Source: Rhodoferax sp.
GTDB taxonomy: Bacteria > Pseudomonadota > Gammaproteobacteria > Burkholderiales > Burkholderiaceae_C
Direction of reading: 5' to 3'
DNA length: 64,000 bases
Assembly (NCBI RefSeq): GCF_028714215.1
Contig: NZ_JAQTMS010000024.1
Span: forward strand, 6,156-70,155
The translations under genes and the position numbers were made by a program. The number at the start of each line of letters is the position of its first letter. Positions within the stretch are counted from its first letter, which is position 1. The notes under the pieces were generated by a model. The model was not told the DNA's origin, ran no database searches, and saw only the letters and a list, made by a program, of their open reading frames with translations. Positions 1-9,664 of the stretch are shown here, piece after piece.

Positions 1-267
1 CACGCTGCTCTGCGATTCCGACTCAATGGCGGCGCGCAGTTCCACCTTGCCGCGCTTGATGCGGCCGACCAGGAGTTCGCGCAAGGCCGGCTCGTACTGC
101 CGGAGTTCCTCCGGCAAGCGAAATGCCAAGTCCAGGAAACGGCTGTTGACGGACCGGATTTCCAGACCGAGACGGCTGGGTGTGGCATTTTTGGATTCGA
201 CCTCGGAACTGGTGTGGGCTGTGCTGTGCTGGGCACTGGCATAGCCAGTCATGCTGTAAACTGGCAT
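1..267 (-). CDS. yicC: YicC/YloC family endoribonuclease, 5' part (runs off window start)
   Basis: Own translation from ATG at 267: MPVYSMTGYA...EIRSVNSRFLDLAFRLPEELRQYEPALRELL...IKRGKVE, the YicC N-terminal signature; divergent from the rph cluster. Confidence 0.9.
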   Translation of the reverse strand, partial: MPVYSMTGYASAQHSTAHTSSEVESKNATPSRLGLEIRSVNSRFLDLAFRLPEELRQYEPALRELLVGRIKRGKVELRAAIESESQSSV

Positions 268-343
268 CTCGACTTTCTGATCAATGGGATGGGCTTGAGA
301 ATAACTCTATTCAGGTGGAACCGCCGCCGGTTCGCGCAAAATT

Positions 344-1351
344 ATGGCAAAGGTTAAACCTGCACCCCTACCCCCGGATACCATGATAGGCGGTTACCGG
401 ATTGTCCGGAAAGTCGCTGCCGGTGGTTTTGGCGTGGTCTACCTGGCCGTCGATACGGGCGGCCAGCAGGTGGCCATCAAGGAGTACTTGCCGTCTTCCC
501 TGGCGACGCGCATGCCCGGTGCCTTGCTGCCGGAGGTGCCGCCCGAAAAGCTGTCCCTGTATCGGCTCGGCCTGAAGAGTTTCTTTGAAGAGGGGCGCTC
601 GCTGGCGCAGATTTCACACCCGTCAGTGGTCAGTGTGATGAACTTCTTCCGGGAAAACGAGACGGTTTACATGGTGATGAACTACCTGGAGGGCGCGTCC
701 CTGCAGGATTTCATCATTACCGCGCGCGATCTGAAACAGCCCAAGGTGTTCCGGGAATCGACCATTCGCTCGCTCTTCGACGAGATCCTGCGGGGTTTGA
801 GAATTGTTCACCAGCACAAGATGCTGCACCTGGACATCAAGCCGGCCAATATTTTCATCACCGATGACAACAAGGCCGTGCTGATCGACTTCGGCGCCGC
901 GCGTGAAGTGCTGAGCAAAGAGGGCAATTTCATCCGCCCCATGTACACGCCTGGTTTTGCCGCCCCGGAAATGTACCGGCGCGACGCCTCCATGGGGCCC
1001 TGGACCGACATCTACGCGATCGGAGCCTGTATTTACGCCTGCATGCAAGGCTATCCGCCCAATGAGGCGCCGCAACGCCTTGAAAAAGACCGCATCGCCA
1101 TCGCCCTGACGCGCTTGCGTGGCGTCTACTCGGACAACCTGATAGAGGTGGTGGAGTGGTGCATGTCGCTCGATCCCCTGTCGCGCCCGCAATCGGTGTT
1201 CGCGCTGCAAAAAGAGTTGAGCCGGGAAGGCGAGCGGCAATACACCAAGTTGAGCGTGGGTGAAAAGGTTCGCCTCCAGTTTGACACGATGGTGTCGGAT
1301 ACCAAAAAGAACGTTCAAAAAGTGACCGCCGTCAGTGGCAAACTTAAATGA
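344..1351 (+). CDS. Hanks-type Ser/Thr protein kinase, soluble
   Basis: GGFGVVY Gly loop, VAIKE, HLDIKPAN, DFG and APE motifs. Confidence 0.95.
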   Translation: MAKVKPAPLPPDTMIGGYRIVRKVAAGGFGVVYLAVDTGGQQVAIKEYLPSSLATRMPGALLPEVPPEKLSLYRLGLKSFFEEGRSLAQISHPSVVSVMNFFRENETVYMVMNYLEGASLQDFIITARDLKQPKVFRESTIRSLFDEILRGLRIVHQHKMLHLDIKPANIFITDDNKAVLIDFGAAREVLSKEGNFIRPMYTPGFAAPEMYRRDASMGPWTDIYAIGACIYACMQGYPPNEAPQRLEKDRIAIALTRLRGVYSDNLIEVVEWCMSLDPLSRPQSVFALQKELSREGERQYTKLSVGEKVRLQFDTMVSDTKKNVQKVTAVSGKLK

Positions 1352-2262
1352 AGTTCTCCGTTTTTCAGGTAAGCCGCAAAGGCGGGCGGGAAGTCAACGA
1401 AGACCGGATGGGCTATTGCTACACCCGTGGTGCGGGGATTTTTCTGCTGGCCGATGGCATGGGGGGGCACCCGCAGGGCGAGGTGGCGGCCCAGTTGGCC
1501 TTGCAGCTTATCTCGGTGATGTTCCAGAAAGAGGCGCAACCGGAGTTGCCCGATGTGACGGCGTTTTTACGCAAGGCCTTGCTGGCCGCGCACCACCAGA
1601 TTCTCCGCTATGCGATTGAAAAAGGGATGTCGGACTCGCCCCGGACCACCATTGTGGCGGCCATCGTGCAGGCCGGCTCGGTGACCTGGATTCATTGCGG
1701 CGACTCCAGACTCTACCTGGTGCGCCAGGGCGAATTGCTGGCGCGCACGCGGGATCATTCTTTTACCGAGCAACTGCAGGCGGGCGCGGCCGGTGCCAAG
1801 TCGCGCGACCGTATCAACCGCAATATCCTGTTCACCTGCCTGGGTTCACCGACCAAGCCGGTGTTTGAAGTTGGCGGGCCTCTTGCGCTACAGCAGGGCG
1901 ACCGCATGATGCTGTGCTCGGATGGCCTTTGGGCCAGTTTGAGCGACGCTGACATTACCTACCGCTTGAGCCATAAGCCGGTCAGTGAGGCGGTTCCGGA
2001 TCTGGTTGAGAACGCGCTTCGCAAAGCCGGTCACAGCAGCGACAACGTGACGGTCATCGCGCTGGAGTGGGAGACTCCGGACGGCTTCGAATCGACGCGC
2101 GGAAGCCTTGCGACCGACTCCGCCAGCGGCGGTGTTTTTGCCTCCACCGTGCAGAGCGGTCACCTGGAACCGAGCCTGGAAGATCTGGACGACGCCGCCA
2201 TCGAGCGCTCGATCGCGGAAATCAACGACGTGATCCGTCGCGCCGCCGCTAAAAAGATCTGA
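1348..2262 (+). CDS. PP2C-family Ser/Thr phosphatase
   Basis: [27 protein letters not shown] and DNVT motifs; ATGA overlap with the kinase. Confidence 0.93.
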   Translation: MKFSVFQVSRKGGREVNEDRMGYCYTRGAGIFLLADGMGGHPQGEVAAQLALQLISVMFQKEAQPELPDVTAFLRKALLAAHHQILRYAIEKGMSDSPRTTIVAAIVQAGSVTWIHCGDSRLYLVRQGELLARTRDHSFTEQLQAGAAGAKSRDRINRNILFTCLGSPTKPVFEVGGPLALQQGDRMMLCSDGLWASLSDADITYRLSHKPVSEAVPDLVENALRKAGHSSDNVTVIALEWETPDGFESTRGSLATDSASGGVFASTVQSGHLEPSLEDLDDAAIERSIAEINDVIRRAAAKKI

Positions 2263-2275
2263 TGGAGATTGCCCC

Positions 2276-3013
2276 ATGAGCCAGTTTGTCAGAAGCGGCG
2301 CGCGGGCCGCCAACCAGCTTCGTCCGGTGCGCATCACGCGCAGCTACACGATTCACGCCGAGGGTTCGGTCCTGATCGAATTTGGCGCCACCAAAGTGTT
2401 GTGCACGGCCTCTGTCGAGGAAAAAGTTCCCGGGCACAAGAAGGGCAGCGGCGAGGGCTGGGTGACGGCCGAATACGGCATGCTGCCGCGTGCCACGCAC
2501 ACCCGCAGCGAGCGCGAGGCGGCGCGCGGCAAACAGAGCGGACGAACGCAGGAGATTCAACGTCTCATCGGCCGCTCCATGCGCGCCGTGTTTGACCTGG
2601 CCAAGCTGGGCGAGCGCACCATTCACCTGGACTGCGATGTGCTGCAGGCTGACGGCGGGACCCGTACCGCGGCCATCACCGGTGCGTTTGTGGCGGCGCA
2701 AGACGCCGTGGCGAAACTGCTGGCCCAAGGCAAGCTGACGCAGTCCCCCATTCGCGACCACGTCGCGGCGATCTCGGTCGGCATGCTGCAAGGCACGCCG
2801 CTGCTGGACCTGGAGTACATCGAAGATTCGACCTGCGACACCGACATGAACGTGGTGATGACGGGTGCCGGCCATTTTGTTGAAGTGCAGGGCACCGCCG
2901 AGGGCGCGGCATTTTCACGCCAGGAAATGGATGTCTTGCTGGCGCTGGCCGAACAAGGCATCAGCGATCTGGTGGCGCTGCAAAAACATTCCCTGCTGGG
3001 CGCTGCTTCATGA
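2276..3013 (+). CDS. rph: Ribonuclease PH
   Basis: [42 protein letters not shown]. Confidence 0.97.
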   Translation: MSQFVRSGARAANQLRPVRITRSYTIHAEGSVLIEFGATKVLCTASVEEKVPGHKKGSGEGWVTAEYGMLPRATHTRSEREAARGKQSGRTQEIQRLIGRSMRAVFDLAKLGERTIHLDCDVLQADGGTRTAAITGAFVAAQDAVAKLLAQGKLTQSPIRDHVAAISVGMLQGTPLLDLEYIEDSTCDTDMNVVMTGAGHFVEVQGTAEGAAFSRQEMDVLLALAEQGISDLVALQKHSLLGAAS

Positions 3014-3612
3014 AGGTTGTGCTGGCTTCCAACAACCAGGGCAAGTTGCTGGAACTGCGCGCCATGCTGGCGCCTCTGGGGCTGGAACTGGTGACGCAAT
3101 CCGAGCTGGGCATCGCCGAGGCGGCCGAGCCGTTTCACACTTTTGTCGAAAACGCGCTGGCCAAGGCGCGCCATGCCGCCGCGCTCAGCGGCTTGCCGGC
3201 GCTGGCCGACGATGCCGGTTTGTGCGTCGATGTGTTTGGTGGTTTGCCCGGTGTGGACACCGCTTACTACGCGACCCGGTTCGGCTATGAAAAAGGCGAC
3301 GCCAACAATGTGCGCGCCCTGCTGGAACAAATGCGGGATCAGACCGATCGCCGGGCCGCCATGGTCAGCACGCTGGTGGCGCTGCGCTCGGCGCAAGACC
3401 CCGAACCGCTGATTGCGGTGGGTCGCGTGGTCGGCGAGATCGCCCGCGAGCCGGTCGGCAGCAACGGCTTCGGTTTCGACCCGGTGATGTACATCCCCCA
3501 GTTCGGCAAGACTTTTGCCCAGTTGCCGCTGGAGGTCAAGAACGCCAACAGCCATCGGGGGCGGGCGGTGCGCGCCATGGTGGAATTGATACGCGAACGC
3601 TGGCTGGCATGA
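3010..3612 (+). CDS. rdgB: Non-canonical purine NTP pyrophosphatase (RdgB/HAM1)
   Basis: ASNNQGK, ENALAKA, ADDAG, GFGFDP and SHRG motifs; follows rph. Confidence 0.95.
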   Translation: MKVVLASNNQGKLLELRAMLAPLGLELVTQSELGIAEAAEPFHTFVENALAKARHAAALSGLPALADDAGLCVDVFGGLPGVDTAYYATRFGYEKGDANNVRALLEQMRDQTDRRAAMVSTLVALRSAQDPEPLIAVGRVVGEIAREPVGSNGFGFDPVMYIPQFGKTFAQLPLEVKNANSHRGRAVRAMVELIRERWLA

Positions 3613-3700
3613 CCCACCCCGTTGCGGGCTCACTTCGTGTAGCCGCCTCCCCCTCAAGGGGCAACACCGGTGGCCCGGCAAAGCCGGTTCCACGGTGTTT
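3613..3700. repeat. Multi-hairpin REP/MITE-like intergenic element
   Basis: Nested inverted repeats GCGGGCT-CACTTCGTG-TAGCCGC, CCCCTCAAGGGG and AACACCGGTGG...CCACGGTGTT fill the rdgB-hemW gap. Confidence 0.7.
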
Positions 3701-3706
3701 CTGGAT

Positions 3707-4897
3707 ATGAACGACCCCCAGCACTACCTGCGTCCCGGCACGCTGCAACTGACGGTCTTGCCGCCGCTGTCGCTCTACATCCACTTGCCCTGGTGTCTGA
3801 AAAAATGCCCTTACTGCGATTTCAACTCGCATGCCATGCGCGTCGGCGAGCTGCCTGAGCAGCGCTATATCGAGGCGCTGATGGCCGATCTGGAGGCGGC
3901 GCTGCCGCTGGTCTGGGGCCGCACGGTGCACAGCATCTTTCTGGGCGGTGGCACGCCCAGCCTGTTTTCGCCCGAGGGGATTGACCGGCTGCTGGGCAGC
4001 GTTCGAGCCCGCCTGCCGCTGGAGCCGGGCTGCGAGATCACGCTGGAGGCCAATCCGGGTACCTTCGAGAAGGACCGGTTCAAGGCCTTCCGCGCGGCCG
4101 GCGTGACCCGTCTGTCGATCGGTGTGCAAAGTTTCAACGATGAGTTCCTGCAGACCCTGGGTCGGGTCCATGACCGGACGCAGGCGATTGCGGCGGTGGA
4201 AGAAGCGGCGCAGGCCTTCGCCACCTTCAACCTGGACATCATGTACGCGTTGCCGGGCCAGACCCTGGCCGACCTGAAACAGGACATGGCCACCGCGCTG
4301 GCACTGGCGCCACCGCATATTTCGATTTACCACCTGACGATAGAGCCCAACACCTATTTCGCCAGGTTTCCACCCCAGATTCCGGAGCAGGACACGGCTT
4401 ACGAGATGCTGGACCTGATCACCGACATGACCGGGCAGGCCGGACTGCAACGCTACGAAGTGTCGGCCTATGCGGCCCCGGGTCAGCGCTGCGTCCACAA
4501 CCTCAACTACTGGCAGTTTGGTGACTACCTGGGCATCGGTGCTGGCGCCCACAGCAAACTCAGCTTTGCCCATCGGGTGCTGCGCCAGGTTCGTTTTCGC
4601 GAGCCCGGTCTTTACATGGAAAAATCTCTTGCCGGGGATTGTCTGGCGCAGGAGACCGAGGTCAGCCGGGCTGATTTGCCGTTCGAGTTCATGCTCAATG
4701 CACTGCGTTTGAAAGACGGTTTTGCCTTGCCGCAGTTTTCCGAGCGTACCGGTTTACCCCTCACAGCCATCGAAAAAGGTCTGGCCGAGGCCGAGGCTAA
4801 GGGCTTGATTGAACGGGATCTGGTCAGCGTCAGACCGAGCGTGCGCGGCTTTGATTTTTTGAATGACTTGCAGTCCCTGTTTTTGCCACCCCATTGA
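3707..4897 (+). CDS. hemW: Radical SAM heme chaperone HemW (YggW)
   Basis: YIHLPWCLKKCPYCDFNS CxxxCxxC motif, GGGTPS, RLSIGVQSF, YEVSAY, HNLNYW; ATG at 3707 preferred to GTG 3695, which lies in the repeat. Confidence 0.93.
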   Translation: MNDPQHYLRPGTLQLTVLPPLSLYIHLPWCLKKCPYCDFNSHAMRVGELPEQRYIEALMADLEAALPLVWGRTVHSIFLGGGTPSLFSPEGIDRLLGSVRARLPLEPGCEITLEANPGTFEKDRFKAFRAAGVTRLSIGVQSFNDEFLQTLGRVHDRTQAIAAVEEAAQAFATFNLDIMYALPGQTLADLKQDMATALALAPPHISIYHLTIEPNTYFARFPPQIPEQDTAYEMLDLITDMTGQAGLQRYEVSAYAAPGQRCVHNLNYWQFGDYLGIGAGAHSKLSFAHRVLRQVRFREPGLYMEKSLAGDCLAQETEVSRADLPFEFMLNALRLKDGFALPQFSERTGLPLTAIEKGLAEAEAKGLIERDLVSVRPSVRGFDFLNDLQSLFLPPH

Positions 4898-5010
4898 GTG
4901 GGGTAAGCGGCACTACACAATTTTTCCATCTTTACCATTGGTCTATTGAATTTGAAACCATTTGGTCGTAAAAAGGAAAAATCAAGAGTTTGCGTTGGAG
5001 GGTAGTCAGC

Positions 5011-5676
5011 ATGAAAAAAATTCTTCTTTTGTCGGTTGCGATGATGTCGGGCGGACTGGTTTGGGCGCAGGACACGGGGCGTGTGATTTCCGCGACGCCG
5101 GTGGTGGGGCAGGTGGCCGTTCCACGCCAGGTGTGTGGCACCGAACAAGTGGTGGTGCAGCAGCCCAAATCCGGTGCCGGCGCCGTGGTCGGAGCGATCG
5201 CGGGTGGTGCCATCGGCAATGCCATTGGGGCCGGTGCCGGCCAGGCCGCCGCGACCGTACTGGGAATCATGGGTGGTGCCATCGTTGGCGACAAGGTCGA
5301 GGGTGCGTCCCCGGCACAGAGTCAAAACGTGCAGCGCTGCAGCATGCAGACGTTTTACGAAACCCGCCCGCTCGCCTACAACGTGGTTTACGAATTTGCC
5401 GGCAAGCAATACAGCGTGCAAATGCCCAACGACCCGGGCCCCACGGTGCGCCTGCAGATCTCGCCGGTGGGCATGAGTGCGCCGCCCGAAGCACCGGCGC
5501 CCAGCACGGCTTATGTGGCACCGGAATACATCCAGACGCCCCCGGTGATAGTGGTGCAAGGGGACTACCCCCGCTACTACTATCAACCCTTCTATCCGGC
5601 CATCGCCATCGGGCTTGGTCTGGGTTACTGGGGTGGCTACTGGAGGGGTCACGGGGGCCGTCATCACTGGCGTTGA
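5011..5676 (+). CDS. Glycine-zipper 2TM domain secreted protein
   Basis: Signal peptide MKKILLLSVA..VWA; GAVVGAIAGGAIGNAIGAG..GAIVGD glycine zipper; Pro/Tyr/Gly-rich tail. Confidence 0.85.
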   Translation: MKKILLLSVAMMSGGLVWAQDTGRVISATPVVGQVAVPRQVCGTEQVVVQQPKSGAGAVVGAIAGGAIGNAIGAGAGQAAATVLGIMGGAIVGDKVEGASPAQSQNVQRCSMQTFYETRPLAYNVVYEFAGKQYSVQMPNDPGPTVRLQISPVGMSAPPEAPAPSTAYVAPEYIQTPPVIVVQGDYPRYYYQPFYPAIAIGLGLGYWGGYWRGHGGRHHWR

Positions 5677-5699
5677 TGCGCCACTCCCTGGCGAGTGCT

Positions 5700-6242
5700 T
5701 CAGGCCGCAGGTTTGGTGGCGCGACGACGGGCTTCCAGATGCCCGCGGCAACTGGCGTTGATGACGCGCAGCTCGGCCAGCGTTTCGTCAATTTGAGCCC
5801 GCTTTTGCTCCAGTTCCTGGATCGCCGTGTCGGTGCGGGTTATGACGTACTTCAACTGCTCGGCGCGACCCTCGCCATGGTCGCCGTACAAGTCAAGATA
5901 GCGTTTGATTTCTGACAGTGGGGAACCGATATCCTTGGCCCGCAGAATCAGGACCAGCCGGGCCCGGTCGCGTCGCGTGTAGACCCGCGCGCCATTGACC
6001 CGGCGCGGCGCCAGCAAACCCTTGTCTTCATAAAAACGCAGGGCACGCAGCGTGATGCCGAACTCCTCGCACAATTGCGTGATGCCAAACAGCTCCGAGG
6101 TGCCCTGGTCGCGGTGCGCGTCGACCACCGCCTGCGCGTCGCCGCTATGCGTCGCACGGCTTGTGGCGACCCGTTTGGCACGCGCCGGCCGCGCCCTGGC
6201 TGGAGAATTGCTTGATGCCACGCCCGCTACCTGGCGTGGCAA
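5700..6242 (-). CDS. MerR-family regulator, LiuR-like (start uncertain)
   Basis: ITQLCEEFGITLRALRFYEDKGLLAPRR HTH plus coiled coil; adjacent to a branched-chain carboxylase operon. Confidence 0.88.
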   Translation of the reverse strand: MPRQVAGVASSNSPARARPARAKRVATSRATHSGDAQAVVDAHRDQGTSELFGITQLCEEFGITLRALRFYEDKGLLAPRRVNGARVYTRRDRARLVLILRAKDIGSPLSEIKRYLDLYGDHGEGRAEQLKYVITRTDTAIQELEQKRAQIDETLAELRVINASCRGHLEARRRATKPAA

Positions 6243-6539
6243 TCAGATGACGCGCTGCAGCCGCATGGCGACGCTCATGTCGCCGGTCACCTTGAGTTTT
6301 CCCATCATGAAGCCGGTGGCGGGTTCCAGCTCGCCGCTCAGCATGGCGTTCAGGTTTTCCAGCGTGATGCCCACCGTGCAATCGGCATCACCGGTATTGT
6401 TGCTGACCGTGTTGGGCGTGGATTTTCCGTCGATGTAAATCACGCCATCGGCGTCGCAGTCAAACTTGAGGGTGGCGCCCAGTCCGCTGTCGCTACCGAC
6501 TTTGTTGCGGATGGCTTCGGTGCAAGCTTCGAGGTTCAT
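6243..6539 (-). CDS. SCP2 sterol/lipid-binding domain protein
   Basis: ADCTVGIT..AMLSGELEPATGFMMGKLKVTGDMSVAMRL SCP2 signature. Confidence 0.9.
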   Translation of the reverse strand: MNLEACTEAIRNKVGSDSGLGATLKFDCDADGVIYIDGKSTPNTVSNNTGDADCTVGITLENLNAMLSGELEPATGFMMGKLKVTGDMSVAMRLQRVI

Positions 6540-6648
6540 GGTGTTCCTTGTAAAAAGAGGGTTTCAGGTGGTGAATTGTCGACTGCCGGCGCATCGTATC
6601 AGGGCTGCATGACGTGCAGCATAGGGGAAATACCTATACGAAATGCAA

Positions 6649-6664
6649 TTGACGTTAACGTCAC
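6649..6664. promoter_or_regulatory. LiuR-type operator palindrome overlapping a TTGACG -35 hexamer
   Basis: Perfect 14-bp palindrome TGACGTTAACGTCA (6650-6663) between the divergent SCP2/MerR and carboxylase genes. Confidence 0.75.
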
Positions 6665-6704
6665 CTTAATGTCTAATCCGGAGCAATCAACAGGACCCCC
6701 TTCA

Positions 6705-8315
6705 ATGCCCGTTATCCGTTCCAGAATCAAGGTCAAATCCGATGCGTTCGAGGCCAACGCGCGGCGCATGCTTGAGCTGCTGGCGCAGGTCCAGCGCCTG
6801 GAGCAAATGGTGATTGCCGAGTCCGAATCGAAACGCGGCAAGTTCGAGGCGCGCGGACAGTTGCTGCCGCGCGAACGCGTGGCCCGCTTGCTGGACCGCG
6901 GCTCCCCGTTCCTTGAACTCAGCCGCCTGGCCGGGCTCAACATGCACGATGACGATGGCAAGAAAGCGGTGCTGGGGGGTGGCTCCATCGTCGGCATTGG
7001 CGTGGTGGCCGGCAAGCGCTGCCTGATTTCCGCCAGCGACAGTGCGGTCAAGGGCGGCACGGTGGCGCCCATGGGCTTGCGCAAAGCCTTGCGGGCACAG
7101 GAGATTGCGCGCGAGAACAGCTTGCCCGTGATCTACCTGGTGGAAAGCGGCGGCGCGAATCTGATGTACCAGAGCGAAATTTTCATCGAGGGCGGGCGCA
7201 GCTTTGCCAACCAGGCGCGCATGTCGGCCGCCGGTCTGCCGCAAATCGCGGTGGTGCACGGCTCGTCGACCGCCGGCGGCGCCTACCTGCCGGGGCTGTC
7301 GGACTATGTGATTCTGGTGCGCGGGCGCTCCAACATCTTCCTGGCCGGCCCGCCCCTGGTGAAGGCCGCCATTGGCGAGGATTGCACGGAAGACGAGATC
7401 GGCGGCGCCGAGACCCATGCCCGGGTGACCGGCCTGGGCGAGTATCTGTGCGAGGACGATGCGCACGCTATCGGGATGGCGCGCGAAGTGATGGACAAGC
7501 TGCGCTGGGATCTGGCCCCGGGTGAGAAAAGTTTTGCTGAGCCCCTGTTCGACGAGCAGGAATTGCTGGGTCTGGTGCCGGCCGACGAGCGCGAACCCTA
7601 CGACGTGCGCGAAGTGATTGCGCGCCTGGTGGATGGCTCCGACTTTCTGGAGTTCAAGGCCGAGTACGCCGGCGAGATGATGTGCGGCCACGCCCGCCTG
7701 CAAGGCCGGCTGGTGGGTATTCTGGGCAACAACGGCCCGATTCAACCGACCGGTTCCACCAAGGCCGGACAGTTCATCCAGTTGTGCGACCAAAGCGGCA
7801 CTCCCCTGATCTTCTTGCAGAACACGACCGGCTACATGGTGGGCTCGGTGGCCGAGCGCAGCGGTGCCATCAAACACGGCTCCAAGATGATCCAGGCGGT
7901 GGCCAATGCCCGGGTGCCCAAGTTCACCGTGGTGTTGGGTGGCTCTTACGGTGCCGGCAATTACGGCATGTGCGGCCGCGGTTTCGACCCGCGTTTCATT
8001 TTTTCCTGGCCCACCGCGCGTACCGCCGTGATGGGCGGTGCGCAGGCCGCCAAGGTGATGGACATTGTGAATCGGGCCAAGATCGAGCGCAGCGGCATGG
8101 CGGCCAACGAGGAAGCCCTGAAAGCCATGTCCGACGGCCTGCGCCTGCGGCTGGACAAGGAGTCCGCGGCTCTCTTTGGCACCGCCCGCTTGTGGGACGA
8201 CGGCATCATCGACCCGCGCGATACGCGGCGTCTGCTGGGGCTCTGTCTGGCCTTGGCGGAAGAAGCGCAGGGCCGCAGCTTGCACCCCAATACCTTTGGT
8301 GTGGCGCGCTTGTAG
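6705..8315 (+). CDS. atuC: Acyl-CoA carboxylase carboxyltransferase subunit (geranyl-CoA carboxylase beta, AtuC-like)
   Basis: LLPRERVARLLD, KGGT, VESGGANL, STAGGAYLPG, GGSYGAGNYGMCGR, WDDGIIDPRDTR. Confidence 0.85.
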   Translation: MPVIRSRIKVKSDAFEANARRMLELLAQVQRLEQMVIAESESKRGKFEARGQLLPRERVARLLDRGSPFLELSRLAGLNMHDDDGKKAVLGGGSIVGIGVVAGKRCLISASDSAVKGGTVAPMGLRKALRAQEIARENSLPVIYLVESGGANLMYQSEIFIEGGRSFANQARMSAAGLPQIAVVHGSSTAGGAYLPGLSDYVILVRGRSNIFLAGPPLVKAAIGEDCTEDEIGGAETHARVTGLGEYLCEDDAHAIGMAREVMDKLRWDLAPGEKSFAEPLFDEQELLGLVPADEREPYDVREVIARLVDGSDFLEFKAEYAGEMMCGHARLQGRLVGILGNNGPIQPTGSTKAGQFIQLCDQSGTPLIFLQNTTGYMVGSVAERSGAIKHGSKMIQAVANARVPKFTVVLGGSYGAGNYGMCGRGFDPRFIFSWPTARTAVMGGAQAAKVMDIVNRAKIERSGMAANEEALKAMSDGLRLRLDKESAALFGTARLWDDGIIDPRDTRRLLGLCLALAEEAQGRSLHPNTFGVARL

Positions 8316-8340
8316 ATGAAATGGGTCATGCAACCAGGAT

Positions 8341-8414
8341 TTGTCATTGCGGACTTGATCCGCAATCCAGGGTCCACGTGGCAGTGGATGCCGGATCGGA
8401 GTCCGGCATGACAA
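8341..8414 (+). repeat. Double-hairpin palindromic repeat, copy 1 (TGTCATTGCGG...CCGGCATGACA)
   Basis: Two facing hairpins GTCATTGCGGACTTGATCCGCAATCCA and TGGATGCCGGATCGGAGTCCGGCATGAC; related copies at 20398 and 21190. Confidence 0.9.
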
Positions 8415-8507
8415 GTCGGAACTTCGCTTGCACGGCCTGCGGGCTCGCAACGACCATCAAACCCCTGCATGCAGAAATCGATTCGGACATTCACCTGAAA
8501 GGCCCTT

Positions 8508-9659
8508 ATGAAATTCACCCCGGAACACGAACAGATTGCCGACACCGTGCGCAAGTTTGTCGCCAAGGAGATCAACCCCCACATTGCCCAGTGGGAAGCC
8601 GCCAACGAATTCCCGGCGCACGCCGTGTTCAAGAAGCTGGGCGATCTGGGCCTGCTGGGCATCAAGTACCCGGTCGAATACGGCGGCATGGGGCTGGACT
8701 TCAGCTACTCCATGGTGATGGCCGAAGCGCTCGGTGAGTGCAACGCCGGCGGCGTGCCGATGGCCATTGGCGTGCAGACCGACATGTGCACGCCGGCACT
8801 GGCGCGCTTTGGTTCCGATGAACTCAAGCGCGAATTCCTGGCCCCCAGCATCGCCGGCGACATGGTCGGCTGCATCGGCGTCAGCGAGACCGGCGGCGGC
8901 TCCGACGTGGCGGCGCTGAAAACCACGGCGCGCAAGGACGGCGACGACTACATCATCAACGGCTCCAAGATGTGGATCACCAACGGCATGCAGGCCGACT
9001 GGTGTTGCCTGCTGGCCAATACTTCCGAGGGCTCGGTGCACAAGAACAAGTCGCTGATCATCGTGCGGCTCGACAGCCCGGGCGTCACGCGGCAGAAGAT
9101 CCACAAGATCGGCATGGACTCCTCCGACACGGCGCAACTGTTTTTTGACGATGTCCGGGTGCCCCGGCGCAACCTGATCGGGCAAGAGGGCATGGGCTTC
9201 ATGTTCCAGATGCTGCAGTTCCAGGAAGAACGGCTGTACGGCGCGGCCGGTTGCCTGCGCTCGCTGGACCGCCTGATCGATCAGACCATTGACTACACGC
9301 GCCAGCGTCAGACCTTCGGCAAACCGATTCTGCACAACCAGGTGGTGCACTTCCGGCTGGCCGAACTGCGCACCGAGGTCGAAGCCCTGCGCGCCCTGAC
9401 CTACCGCGCGGTGGAGTCCTATATCTCCGGCAAGGACGTCACCAAACTGGCCTCCATGGCCAAGCTCAAGGCCGGCCGCCTGAGCCGCGAGGTGGCAGAC
9501 AGTTGCCTGCAGTACTGGGGCGGCATGGGCTTTACCTGGGATAACCCGATTTCCCAGGCCTACCGCGACAGCCGCCTGATTTCAATCGGCGGCGGTGCCG
9601 ACGAAATCATGCTGGGCATCATCTGTAAGCTTGAGGGCACCTTGCCCGGCAAGGCTTGA
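8508..9659 (+). CDS. atuD: Acyl-CoA dehydrogenase, citronellyl-CoA dehydrogenase AtuD-like
   Basis: GVQTDMCTPALARFGSDEL, CIGVSETGGGSDVA, GSKMWITNG, IGGGADEIM; the QTDMCTPAL stretch is characteristic of AtuD. Confidence 0.85.
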   Translation: MKFTPEHEQIADTVRKFVAKEINPHIAQWEAANEFPAHAVFKKLGDLGLLGIKYPVEYGGMGLDFSYSMVMAEALGECNAGGVPMAIGVQTDMCTPALARFGSDELKREFLAPSIAGDMVGCIGVSETGGGSDVAALKTTARKDGDDYIINGSKMWITNGMQADWCCLLANTSEGSVHKNKSLIIVRLDSPGVTRQKIHKIGMDSSDTAQLFFDDVRVPRRNLIGQEGMGFMFQMLQFQEERLYGAAGCLRSLDRLIDQTIDYTRQRQTFGKPILHNQVVHFRLAELRTEVEALRALTYRAVESYISGKDVTKLASMAKLKAGRLSREVADSCLQYWGGMGFTWDNPISQAYRDSRLISIGGGADEIMLGIICKLEGTLPGKA

Positions 9660-9664
9660 CCGGT

